From Ruditapes philippinarum (lineage: Eukaryota): DNA of 64,000 nucleotides. A program made the position numbers and the translations under genes. Under the pieces are notes generated by a model. It searched no databases, was not told the DNA's origin, and saw only the letters and a list, made by a program, of their open reading frames with translations. This document shows positions 41,301 to 58,680 of the stretch, piece after piece. The DNA is taken from positions 186,001 to 250,000 of the forward strand of contig NW_026862330.1 in NCBI RefSeq assembly GCF_026571515.1. Reading direction: 5' to 3'. Every line of letters begins with the position of its first letter. Positions within the stretch are counted from its first letter, which is position 1.

Positions 41301-42270
41301 TATTTTAAATATGTATTTAATAAACTGAGGAATTATACCTGTTCCGATCATGCTTGTTAAGTTGGCGTTCGCTATCAGATCACCAGTTTTGTGTTCAAAT
41401 CTGCACTCATCTTGAGGTTAATCTTTATATTTAACCATAGTAATTAACAAACACAAAAAACAACAACAACAACAAAACCAAAACAAAAAAAAAACGAACA
41501 AACAAACAAACAAAAAAAACGTGTACATATGACATAATTCAAGGATATGGACACTTTTGTTTTATTACGATGATTTTTTATTATAGAAAGGGGTTGTACG
41601 ACATAATCTGAAAATGTGCATATTTCAGGACGTTTCGGCCTCGCATGTGACAACTGTAGATGCAAAGCGAATATGGAGGTGATATGTGATCGACCAGCTT
41701 GTCCTGCCGTAAAACTTCAATGTGTAGATGCAACGTTTGACACAGATTGTAATTATATTTGTCCAAACGGTAAGTAAAGAGAAGCTGACATATGTATGTA
41801 TACACAATTCTGTAGTTAAAGTTATGTTTCACGCGACTTTGCGTGCAGTTCATATCCTTCATTGTGGTAGTGCTTTTTAATGTAATTTGTTTTAATAAAT
41901 CATTTATTAATAATAAAAACGGTGGCTGAACTGCTCTGGTACATTCAATGTGGTTTACTGTCGCGATCCGGAGTGAAAACTACCACCACCACTACCACCA
42001 GCAGCAGCTTATTGTTAATACTACATGTATTTTTTCTTGTTTCAATTCATTTTAGGTAAAACATGCAGCCAAGGACCTCATGTCATCAAATACGGAGAGT
42101 TCAAGAAGATAGGGGATAAAGTGTGCATGTGCGTTGGATCCGACTGGTACCCTCGTGCTTTTTGTGCTAAACCAATGAAGTTAGGAGACGATTTCAAGAA
42201 GTTAATGAGGAGAAGATGTGTTGATGATCCTTCAACATTTCCTACGTGGAAAGAGATAGCAGCACTTTAG
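38323..42270 (+). CDS. Secreted VWC-domain (brorin/VWC2-like) cysteine-rich protein B, intact, 253 aa. Exons 38323-38446, 39676-39957, 41629-41769, 42056-42270
   Basis: All introns GT-AG and phase 1. Signal-like N-terminus MDMYKYIVLTSGIFLFLHVDVTYT. VWC patterns CQVGPYLYPAGEFMNPDDACSVCDC, CCPEC, CDNCRCKANMEVIC, CPNGKTC...CMCVGSDWYPRAFC. Confidence 0.88.
40510..41130 (+). mobile_element. Decayed DD37D (maT-type) transposase in intron 2 of gene B
   Basis: Orthologous copy of the 26.3-26.9 kb remnant with different indels. Confidence 0.78.
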
Positions 42271-44414
42271 TAATGTCATTCAAATGCATTATTTTACATG
42301 ATCTGATGTGTAATCTTTTTATCTTAAATAGATCATCAGAAATATAAACGTATTTGTTTTTCAATTTAAGCAACCCGTTTGTTTTCATATTCTATAACCA
42401 TGTAAAGTTTACATGACGTTTTCTTTCTGCTATAGGTTTATATATGACCCTAACATAAGCCAGAGAGAAATAAAATTTGGCGCGAAATTGTCTAAATCGC
42501 CCAGGAACATTTCAAAACTCAGAGTGTTCATTACACATTCAATTTAGATATCACGGAAGATAACTAGAGCAACATATTGGTCGAGTTATGATGTATTACT
42601 TACCTTTATTATCTATTCAGATAAACACATGTTACTCTCAGAGTGTTCATTACACATTCAATTTAGACATCAAGGAAGATAACTAGAGCAATATATTTGT
42701 CGAGTTATGATGTATTACTTACCTTTATTATCTATTCAGATAAACACATGTATGAAAAGAATGATCAAATTAGCTGAATTTAGACGCCATTTATTTCGGT
42801 CTCAAACTAGTAATGATGATGAAAGTTGACATTGCGTGTTAATTCAAAACAAAAAAAAAAACCGTTAAGGAATTTTATTTTCTTGCTCAAACAAATAAGC
42901 ATGGTGAAAGTCTACCCTGTATTGTTAATGTTAATAAACAAACCCAATTTGGAAAATTCGAAATGACAAAAGAGAAATATGCTACTACGATGACGATGAG
43001 AATATGGTGAAGAAGATGTATTATAACTGTTATCCTCCTAAATTTAAGTCCCTTTTCCCTGCTAAATTTTTATACTTACCCTGCCAGATTTATAGGCTTA
43101 TCCTGCTAAATTATAACACTTACACTGCTAAATTATAACACTTACACTGCTAAATTTTAACACTTTCACTGCTAAATTTAAACGCCTTCACTTCTAAATT
43201 ATAACACTTACACTGCTAAATTATAACACTTATCCTGCTGAATAATAATGCTTATCCTGCTAGATTTAAACGCCTTCACTGCTAAATTATAACACTTACA
43301 CTGCTAAGTTATAACACTTACACTGCTAAATTTTAACGCTTTCACAGCTAAATGTTAACGCCTTTACTACTAAATGTTTACTATCACACTGGCAAAATTT
43401 ATATTTAACACTGCAAAACTTTTACGTTCATGCTGCTAAATATTAATGCTTACTCTGCTAGATTTTAAGATTTTCAGCGCTTAAGTTTTACTATTACTAT
43501 GCTAAATTTCAAAGCTAACATTGCTAAATTTTAACGCTTACACTGCTGATTTTGAACGCTTAACCTGCTAAATTTCAACGCCAAAACCAAAGCGCACATG
43601 CACTCACTCGAGTATTCACAGATGNNNNNNNNNNNNNNNNNNNNNNNNNNNNNNNNNNNNNNNNNNNNNNNNNNNNNNNNNNNNNNNNNNNNNNNNNNNN
43701 NNNNNNNNNNNNNNNNNNNNNNNNNNNNNNNNNNNNNNNNNNNNNNNNNNNNNNNNNNNNNNNNNNNNNNNNNNNNNNNNNNNNNNNNNNNNNNNNNNNN
43801 NNNNNNNTATATGTTTATTGGAGTCTCATCTATACATGTAAACATATAATATGCATAAAAATATACAATACACAAACATAAAGTACATGTATAGCCATTC
43901 TAAATAGAATAACAGGGGACTATTTTCTTCTAAGGGTGACAACTCACTAGCCCAAAACACAGGACACTGTTTTATGCACTGAAGATTTATCTTCCTTAGC
44001 TTCACACATTCCCTACACAACAAAACACTTGCATTTCACTTTTATATACATATAATATAGAAAAAAATAAATAAAAGTATCATTGTTGAACTAAAACGAG
44101 ATGTAAAATGATTGAAGTATAATCATATGCCAAAATGAATGCTCCATATTCTAAAACAAGGTTGTAAAGTAATGGTATGTGACGATCATATCAGAGCACA
44201 TTAAGATTAACATTATAACTTTAGGCATGTACTAAAACAATACATATATCATTAAAACAATATTCTAAAGGGGTACTATAAACACTAGGACAATGTATCA
44301 CATCTACAAGACTGGGTTAATTTATGATAAATAATGATATAAAACAAGTTTTCTTTTATGTGGGATGTTATAGCAGGTTTTGTCACTTACTATTATACAA
44401 AAGACCGGTAGGGC

Positions 44415-44945
44415 CATTTCAACTTCATGAATTTCCGATTTCATCTTCATGAATTCACAACTTGAACTTCGTGAATCCCGTTTTCAAAATACGGAATTCA
44501 CGATTTCACGATTCATCTTCATGAAAATGACTTCAACTTCATGAATTCACGATTTCAACTTCACGAATTCACGATTTCAACTTTATGAATTCACGATTTC
44601 GACTTCACGATTTCAACTTCGTGAATTCACGATTTCAACTTCACGAATTCACGATTTCAACTTCATGAATTCACGATTTCAACTTCACGAATTCATGATT
44701 TCAACTCTACGAACTCACAATTTTAACTTCATTAATTCAACTACGTGAATTTACGAGTTCAACTTCACGAATTCACGATTTTAACTTCACGAATTCACGA
44801 TTACAACTTCACGAATTCATGAATTCACGATTTCAATTTCATGAAGTTGAAATCGTGAATTCGTGAAGTTGAAATCGTGAATTCATGAAGTTGAAATCGT
44901 GAATTTTTGAAGTTTAAATCGAGAATTCATGAAGCTGAAATCGTA
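44415..44945. repeat. 22-bp minisatellite foldback array, copy 3
   Basis: Same unit; orientation flips at ~44840. Confidence 0.88.
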
Positions 44946-44954
44946 TACGTTATC

Positions 44955-46004
44955 ATAGACTGGTGCTGGGGATTCATTACAATTCTTTTTCCTGAAGTCC
45001 ATGCATTTTCTGAATACAGATTTTATTTCTATATGATATCTGCAGCAGCAAGTTATTCTGTCTTTTGTTGTCGCTTGTCGTATGAAAAATGGTTTACATC
45101 GCTCAAATGAACGCTGTAATATCTTAATGTCAGGGTTGCTTTGTGTAAATTTTTTTCCGTAAAACCTGTACTGTATGACTTGTGTAAGACTTAAAACCAG
45201 TTCTAACTCGTTTTACGTCATTCTTATTGCCTGAAGGATGGGAATTGTCAGGTGCACACCAAAAATCATAAATTTTTCTTTTAAGTTCTTCTGATATCGC
45301 ATCTTTGCGGGTTTTGCGAGTGGTATATTTGAAACACGACTCATCAGCGTGGGAGATCTGAGATCTAATTATATACCCTTTTGCTATAGTTCTAACTGGA
45401 ACACCTAGTTTTTTAGCAAGCTTAACTTTGCATCTTGATTTACTGACTGACTCTCCACTAATAGTTGTTGTGATAGAGTTCATTTCAATTCTCGCCTCAT
45501 GTGATCTTTTCTTTTTCTTGAGTTTCAAATTTTCTTTTATGTCGCACATAACAGCCTCTAGTAAAACCATATCTTCTCTGCTATCATTATTTGAAATTAA
45601 TTTCTTTCTTACGGATTGAACGACCGGACTTTTATGGTTTTCAAAATATGCCGCGATTGTTGCTGCTCTCTTGGTTGGTGTTTTCGGCAAAGAAGATTTC
45701 ATCTTTTTCAAAGCTCGTAACTTTTTCATTCTATTTGGAAAGCTTGCAATTTCTATGTCACTGACTTTATTTTTTCTCTTCGACCTCCATTTTCTCTGAT
45801 ACTCTGTTCTCCTCTTTTTTGCCTCTGCTTGTGTCTGTCTAATATACCGTTTTCTCAATGCATTGTCCGTCTGTGAATAATCTGGAAATAAATTTAAAAC
45901 GTTGAACACATTCATGACAAAAAGTTAGACTGCTGGCGGAAGTGTATCATTTTTTTTAGAAAATACTTAAAAAGTCAATTATTCATCTACCGATAGATTG
46001 ATAA

Positions 46005-46038
<34 letters not shown>

Positions 46039-46345
46039 CGATCGATCGATTGATTGATTGATTCAACAAATAATCTTGTTCATTAACAGAAAATGAATGC
46101 ATGAATGAATGAATGAATGAATGAATGAATGAATGAATGAATGAATGGACGAACGAACGAACGAATGAACGAACAAATTTATTAATGAATTACATGTACT
46201 TCATAAAAATACGGAAGAAATGTAAAAGCTACCTTGTATTTTATTTCTACGATGGTAGTTGATATTCGCTGCGTTTCTCTTATACCAATCCAACTTCTGT
46301 TTCTTCCGCTTTCCTTTCTTGTTGTCTATTCTTTTCTGAATATTT
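44955..46345 (-). mobile_element. Truncated DNA transposase gene, Sola2-like N-terminal half, with a probable upstream exon at ~46233-46342
   Basis: LPKTPTKR, RKTRKDAISEELKRKIYDFW and PSGNKNDV motifs, then after a frameshift PDIKILQRSFERCKPFFIRQ...RITCCCRYH. Superfamily assignment is from recalled motif similarity. Confidence 0.55.
46005..46172. repeat. (ATTG)n and (GAAT)n/(GAAC)n microsatellites
   Basis: Direct reading. Confidence 0.9.
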
Positions 46346-49300
46346 TGTCTTTTGGAACCACCTGAAAAATGTGAATAAACTATGAATGCTCATCATCATC
46401 ATCTCGAGTAATCGCAGTCCTCCTGCAGGAGTATTCTCGCGATACGTGCTTTCCGCGATTCATGCTTAATGGAAACATATTACATTTTGTGAATAAGTTT
46501 GTATGCATCTACCTGTAAAGATCATGCAGTGACTGACAGAATAAATAATTATAAAATAAGAAGATTCTCCACTTTTTCTTAATATTTTAAATGACTTTAT
46601 TTGATATCTTATGAATACAAATGTAACTTAATTTGATATTTAAATAATTTTTGAAACCAAACGCACAATGACGTTACTTTATGTCAAAAATAGCTTTTGG
46701 GACATTTTCGCTAGACTTAGAAATATTATCACTTATAGCAGGTAAATAATGATACCAAAATGAAATTTGGTCAGCATACACAGCAGAAAAACGCTATTAT
46801 TTAGAATAAATTTGAAATAAAATGTTTCATTGCTAAAACTATTTTATTCGATAAATGTTAAGGTGAATGACGCGATTAAACGCATTATTTCCAATTTTGG
46901 CCATTTCCGCTAGACATAAATATTTGCTCATAATTTACAAACTATATATATTATTTTCTAACAAAAACAGGAAAAGAAACAATTTGAAAACGCATTTTTG
47001 AAAATCTAAAAATGATCTCAAAATTAAGTTAAATATAAGGTAAACATTCATTTAAAATTTCTTACCCGTCATTCTTTAAACACAATTCTTGTATCTCTAC
47101 ACAAATTTCTCATTCACGAAATCTTCATTTTTCTCCGCACTTTTCAAACGTTAACGTTAATTCAAATGACATCATCTGCGTAAATGATGACGTCAACGTC
47201 AGTATGAATTTTAAAACGTTTTGGCGCCAGTTTCTGGCAAAATGTAAGTATAATCTTCTGTTGCTCAGACATTTTCGTTACATCTCTACATGCGATTTTG
47301 GTATCGTTTGATGTTGTATTTTGCTATGACAAAATTCTGCATCAATGAACGGCGAATCATAATGATAAAAATTTTGTCAGGTGAAAATTTTCCTTTATTT
47401 TGATATATAATTTTTATTATTTTATAAAATAGTTCCTGGAAAAACAACACTTCAAGATATTGTACTACAGCAAAAAGTGCAGTTTGCCCAATGATCTGAC
47501 GTCGCGTCTTAACAATTTCCATTAGTTTTAGTGGAAATGTTGCAGTCAATGCTAAGTATGTAATTTATCTCTTAAGTGAAAACGTACATACGTGTACGGA
47601 TATCTCGACTTTATAAGGACCTGCGTGTAATCCACAAACAATATGGGGACCGAAACCTAATATAGTGGGCTGACACGTCCGTCCTTATGTTGAGGTTGTC
47701 CCTATTTTAGTATATTTTTCTCTCTTCAGGAGCGGCATGTCGTAAATGAACAAGAAACAGTAGTGGCGTGCCATAATTGAACATGTAGCGGTATGAGAGC
47801 GCCATAATTGAATTATGTAACAGCTGATTGTTTTCAGGAATGAAAACTTGCGTATATAAAACAAGCTCCCTTTATATTCCCATGCTGTTGCATTTATGTC
47901 AATGGTTGTCAATTATATATGTCTACTTACTTATTGTACGTTACGTATAACAATCCCATTTCAGGCGTGAATCAACTGCAATGTCGAAAAATATTATGAT
48001 CATAATTTTTGCACAGTTTTTTAACATTAATCAAAAATTGATGTAAGGTTATGTGCTTGTAGATATATTGTACATTGATTAAAATACTAGCGGTTGATTC
48101 TGCTGAAATAGGAATTCAATTGATTTTAACATTGATTGAAACTGACAAAAAATTGGCTTTGCCACAGTGTATTAACAAGTATACTTCATGTACCGCAAGT
48201 GAAGAATAAAGTTAACATATATAAGCTCCTAACAAAAGTACGTTTAGTGACCGGAAGTAACATGTGCTTTACTTCGCAAAATATGGCACACAATGAATTG
48301 TATAGGTACAGAATTCCGTTTATCTATGTTTTAAGTACATGTTAACTAAACACTTACACGACTTCACCTATAATATAAACATAACATACGTACATAGATA
48401 TGTTTTAATATATTTAGTTTAATGATTTGCTAAGCAAAACACACTATAATAAAGAAAGTAAAGACAAATATTTCATACAAACAAAAGAATAGTACTGTAA
48501 CTAGCAAATGAATACATGTTTTTTGTAAAGCGTATTAAATTGGAAGTAAAGTCATTATATAGTTTCATGTCAGACAAAAATATCAATACACGTATATTCC
48601 AACAAGCTTTTATGTTGCGTTCATTAGAACGCCGCCTTTCCTTGTTGATTTTGTTTACCATATTTTATATTAATTGAGGTCACTCAACCGAACTTTTGTC
48701 TATATACATACTTTTCTTTGAGCCTTAATTTGTAACATATGTAAAATATAGAATATACACACACAAATAAAAGCGCAATGAGATGTAGTGTTGGGTGTTG
48801 GACCGTATATGTCTTTACATTTTGTAATTAGATTAAGTAATCAGTCGTAAAAAAATGATGCATTACTGACCAAAAAGTAAATAGAGCAACGATTCACATT
48901 GTTTGTAGAAATATATACACTGTAAAAATGGTTACACAGATGGCCTTTATAACAAATAACATCAAATGTTAAACAACCACGAGTTTTTTTCCTATATTTA
49001 GAACCCATTATGTTTTCCAGCAATGCTTAAAACTATTATTTATGGAAAAATTCAATAAAAAATATAAATAATGCAGATATTATATATGATAACGCAGAAA
49101 AGAGATATAAATAATGTAGACAAAAATATAAATGATGCAGAATAGTGAAAACAAGAAATTTTTATAATGAAGTCAGAAATATATTTGATGCAGCGAGAGA
49201 TATGAAAACAACAGATATAAGTAATGCATACAGAAATATAAATGATGCAGACATAGATAATGTAGACAAGAAATATATATGTTGAAGACATAGATATAGT

Positions 49301-49563
49301 TAATGCAGACCGGAATATAAATAATGAAGACACAGATATATAATGAGTTCTTAACGATTGAAAAGGCGGCATTTGAAACTGAACTTGTGATTCTGAACTG
49401 TTACTATATTTTAATGAGCTTATAACTTAAACTCATTAATTACACAAAGCACTTGGCAGATGATGAAAAAAAGGGTGATGTGATTTTTGATGAATCATGT
49501 ACGAAACTATATGTGGCTGATGTGGATATATTTAAGAAAGCGACTAAGGTTGATAATCATTAG

Positions 49564-55327
<5,764 letters not shown>

Positions 55328-57114
55328 GAAACTGTGACGGAACTAAATTTTAAATGTTGTTATTTATTAGCAATAAATGTATCGAAGCATTTCTGTTATC
55401 TTGAATATTAATGATAGTTTGTACATGCACATATAAATCTTTTTATCAGTATCCGATGACTTCTGGTAACTTGAATAACATTCTGTAAAGAGAATACTAT
55501 AATTGAATACGGTAAAAGTTAATAGCCTATACATTAATAACGTGGAAAAAACACACAACAACAACAACAACAACAACAACAAAACAAACAACTAAACAAT
55601 CGTTAGATATAACAATTTACGCGGCTCACAGTTTGCTGAGTGTAAAAAGCTTGAAAATTTGCAATAATTTTAGTGGGCCGAATGCTTGGCATGTACTTGT
55701 TCTCCCTGTAATTTTGTATTTAGGTGCGAACGAACATATTTCTACTGACATCTCGGCAATATAAAGGCCTGCGTGTAATCCACAAATAATATGGGAACCG
55801 AAGCAAAATTTTGTGAGCTCTTACGTCCGTCTCTTTGATGATAAGAGGTTCTTAGTGGTGTGTCCTTTTTTTGAGTTAATTTCTCTTTCTGTCTGCAAAC
55901 TTTTCAGGAGTGGCGTGCCATGAATGAACATGAAACAATAGTGGCGTGCCATAATTAAACATAAAGCAGTATGGGCGTGCGATAATTATGTAACAGCTGA
56001 CATTTTTTTCAGCAATGAAACATACATAATTTGAACTTGCATATATAAAACAAGATCTTTTTATATTCCCATGCTGTTGCATTTATGTCAATGGTTGTCA
56101 ATATATGTCCACATACTCAGTAACGATTTGCCATCCCCTTTCAGGCGTGAAACAACTGCAACGTCAAGAATTTATTATGATAATAATTTTTGCAAAGTCT
56201 TTTTACATTGAACAAGAATTGATGTCTCTGTTGAAAATTCCATTCCTATAGAAATGCAATGGATTTTAACATTGATCAAAACTGAAAAATGGCTTTGCCT
56301 TATATATAGATAAAAAAAACCTATTTTTTACAAGTATACTTTATGTATCGCAGGAAAAAATCAAGTTAACATAAATAGGCTCCTAACAAAAGTATGTACA
56401 GAGACCGAAGGTAACATTTGCTAGAAAAACATGATATAGGCTCACAAGAAAGGGTAATTTTTTTAAATGTATGAGAGATGTACATATACATGTTTTAACA
56501 TAAGTCAACAATACACAATATTAGAAAGAAAGTATTAATAGATATTTCAGATAAACAAAAGAGTATAGATTCGTGGTAACTGTAAAGCGTATTAATTCGA
56601 AGTTTAGTCATTATATAGTTTCATGAAAAGATTCAACGTCATAAACTAAAATATCAATTCTTTCCCATAAGCTTTTATATAAATGGAGGTCGCTCAACCG
56701 AAATACTGTCTTTAGACAAACTTTTCTTGGAGCCCGTTTATGTAACATATGTAAGAAATAAAATATATACAAAAACAAGTGCGCACCGAGTTGTATTGTG
56801 GGGTGTCGGACCGTATATATCTTTACATTTAGTTATTCGATTAAATAATCAGTCGTAAAACAATCAATATACTGCTTACCAACAGTTTATTCTCTACAGT
56901 AAGTTAAATAAAGCATCAATTTACATTTTTGTTAAAAATAACAAAATAATTTATACCGCAGTTAAAAATGGTAAAACAGATGTGATATCAAATGTTTAAC
57001 AACCACGAGATTTTCTCTATATTTAGAACCCATTATGTTTTCATGCATTGCTATTGAATGAAACTAAAGTTTATGAATAAAAAAAACTTACACCAGACCG
57101 GGGGGTTCTTCATT

Positions 57115-57820
57115 CAGGAAAAAATATAAATGATGCAGACAAAAAATGTAAAATGCAAACAGAAATATAAATAATGCAGCCAAAAAAATGTATAATGCAA
57201 ACAGAAATATAAATGATGTAGACAAGAAGTATAATAATGCAGACGAGAAGTATTAGAAATACAGTAAAGAAATATAAATTATGCAGATATAGATAAAATA
57301 ATATAAATAAGAAATATAAATGATGAAGACAGAAATATAAATAATGCAGCGAGAGGTATAAATAATGTAGACAGAAATATAACTAATGTAGACAAGAAAT
57401 ATACATAATGCAGACAGAAATATAAATAATGCAGCCAGAGATATAAATAATGTAGACAGAAATATAACTAATGTAGACAAGAAATATAAATAATGCAGAC
57501 AGAAATATAAATAATGCAACCAGAGATATAAATAATGTAGACAGAAATATAACTAATGTAGACAAGAAATATAACTAATGTAGACAAGAAATATAAATAA
57601 TGCAGACAGAAATATAAATCATGCAGCCAGAGATATAAATAATGTAGACAGAAATATAACTAATGTAGACAAGAAATATAAATAATGCAGACAGAAATAT
57701 AAATTATGCAACCAGAGATATAAATAATGTAGACAGAAATATAACTAATGTAGACAAGAAATATAACTGATGTAGACAAGAAATATAAATAATGCAGACC
57801 GAAATATAAATGATGCAGCC
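57115..57820. repeat. 21/22-bp minisatellite GACAGAAATATAAATAATGCA; shorter degenerate counterpart at 49060-49345
   Basis: Direct reading. Confidence 0.9.
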
Positions 57821-58680
57821 CAGCAATCAGTTTGTATCAATATGGCGGAATACTTCTAATTGGTCAAGTAAAACTTTGTTTGATTATTTTTCTAATTGTC
57901 CACTTGCTCAATAGGAAGCACGTCGGATTCGTAATCTGGGGGTCGCCGGGTTGATCCTCGATTATATTTTTTCCCATATTTACTTTAATGGTTCCTTGTC
58001 TTTCACGACTGATCATGGAAAGGATAAGTTAGTTATACAGGAAAGTTTGTAAAGTGGACCCACCTCTATGATATTTGGAATCGGCATAAAAACAAGCAAA
58101 CTTACATGATCATTTAGAAATATAACGCCAATTTTGTATTTAATCAGATTTTATGTTAAGATGATATATTATGTGTATAAATATATAGATGATTTGCTAG
58201 ACACGAAGAACTTTACTAATACAACCTAATCAAAGTTATCAAATCTATAATAGTGAGATTTTAGAACTTTCTGCAAATGGGATGAAAACATAAAAACATT
58301 GGTGAGAAAAATATCAGATTTTATGTTTATGTGAACGTATTGTAAGAAAATTTTATTAATTTATATTAATATAAATGAGTGCTAAATTATTGAAAAATCG
58401 ACCTTTGAAACTGGAGATTATGTACTGGTATATTCTTATTTTACAAAATTATTAATTAACATGTTTATTACACAAACCGCTTGGCAGATTAAAAAACAAC
58501 AAAACAAAACGTCATGGTACATGGAAACTATCAAAAACGTTAAATATTGAAAAAATCCAGGGTGATGTGAATTTTGATGAATCATGTACGCATCTTTATG
58601 TGTTTGATGTTGATATATTTAAGAACGTGGCTTAGGTTGATTATCATTACTTTAATGTGTTTTACCCTCATTGGTACAGA

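Larger units (their letters stand above)
18310..44390. repeat. Segmental tandem duplication: unit 1 ~18310-30950, unit 2 ~32535-44390
   Basis: Collinear VMO1 gene, 27-bp array, VWC gene with intronic transposase, 21-bp array and LINE tail in both units. Confidence 0.9.
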
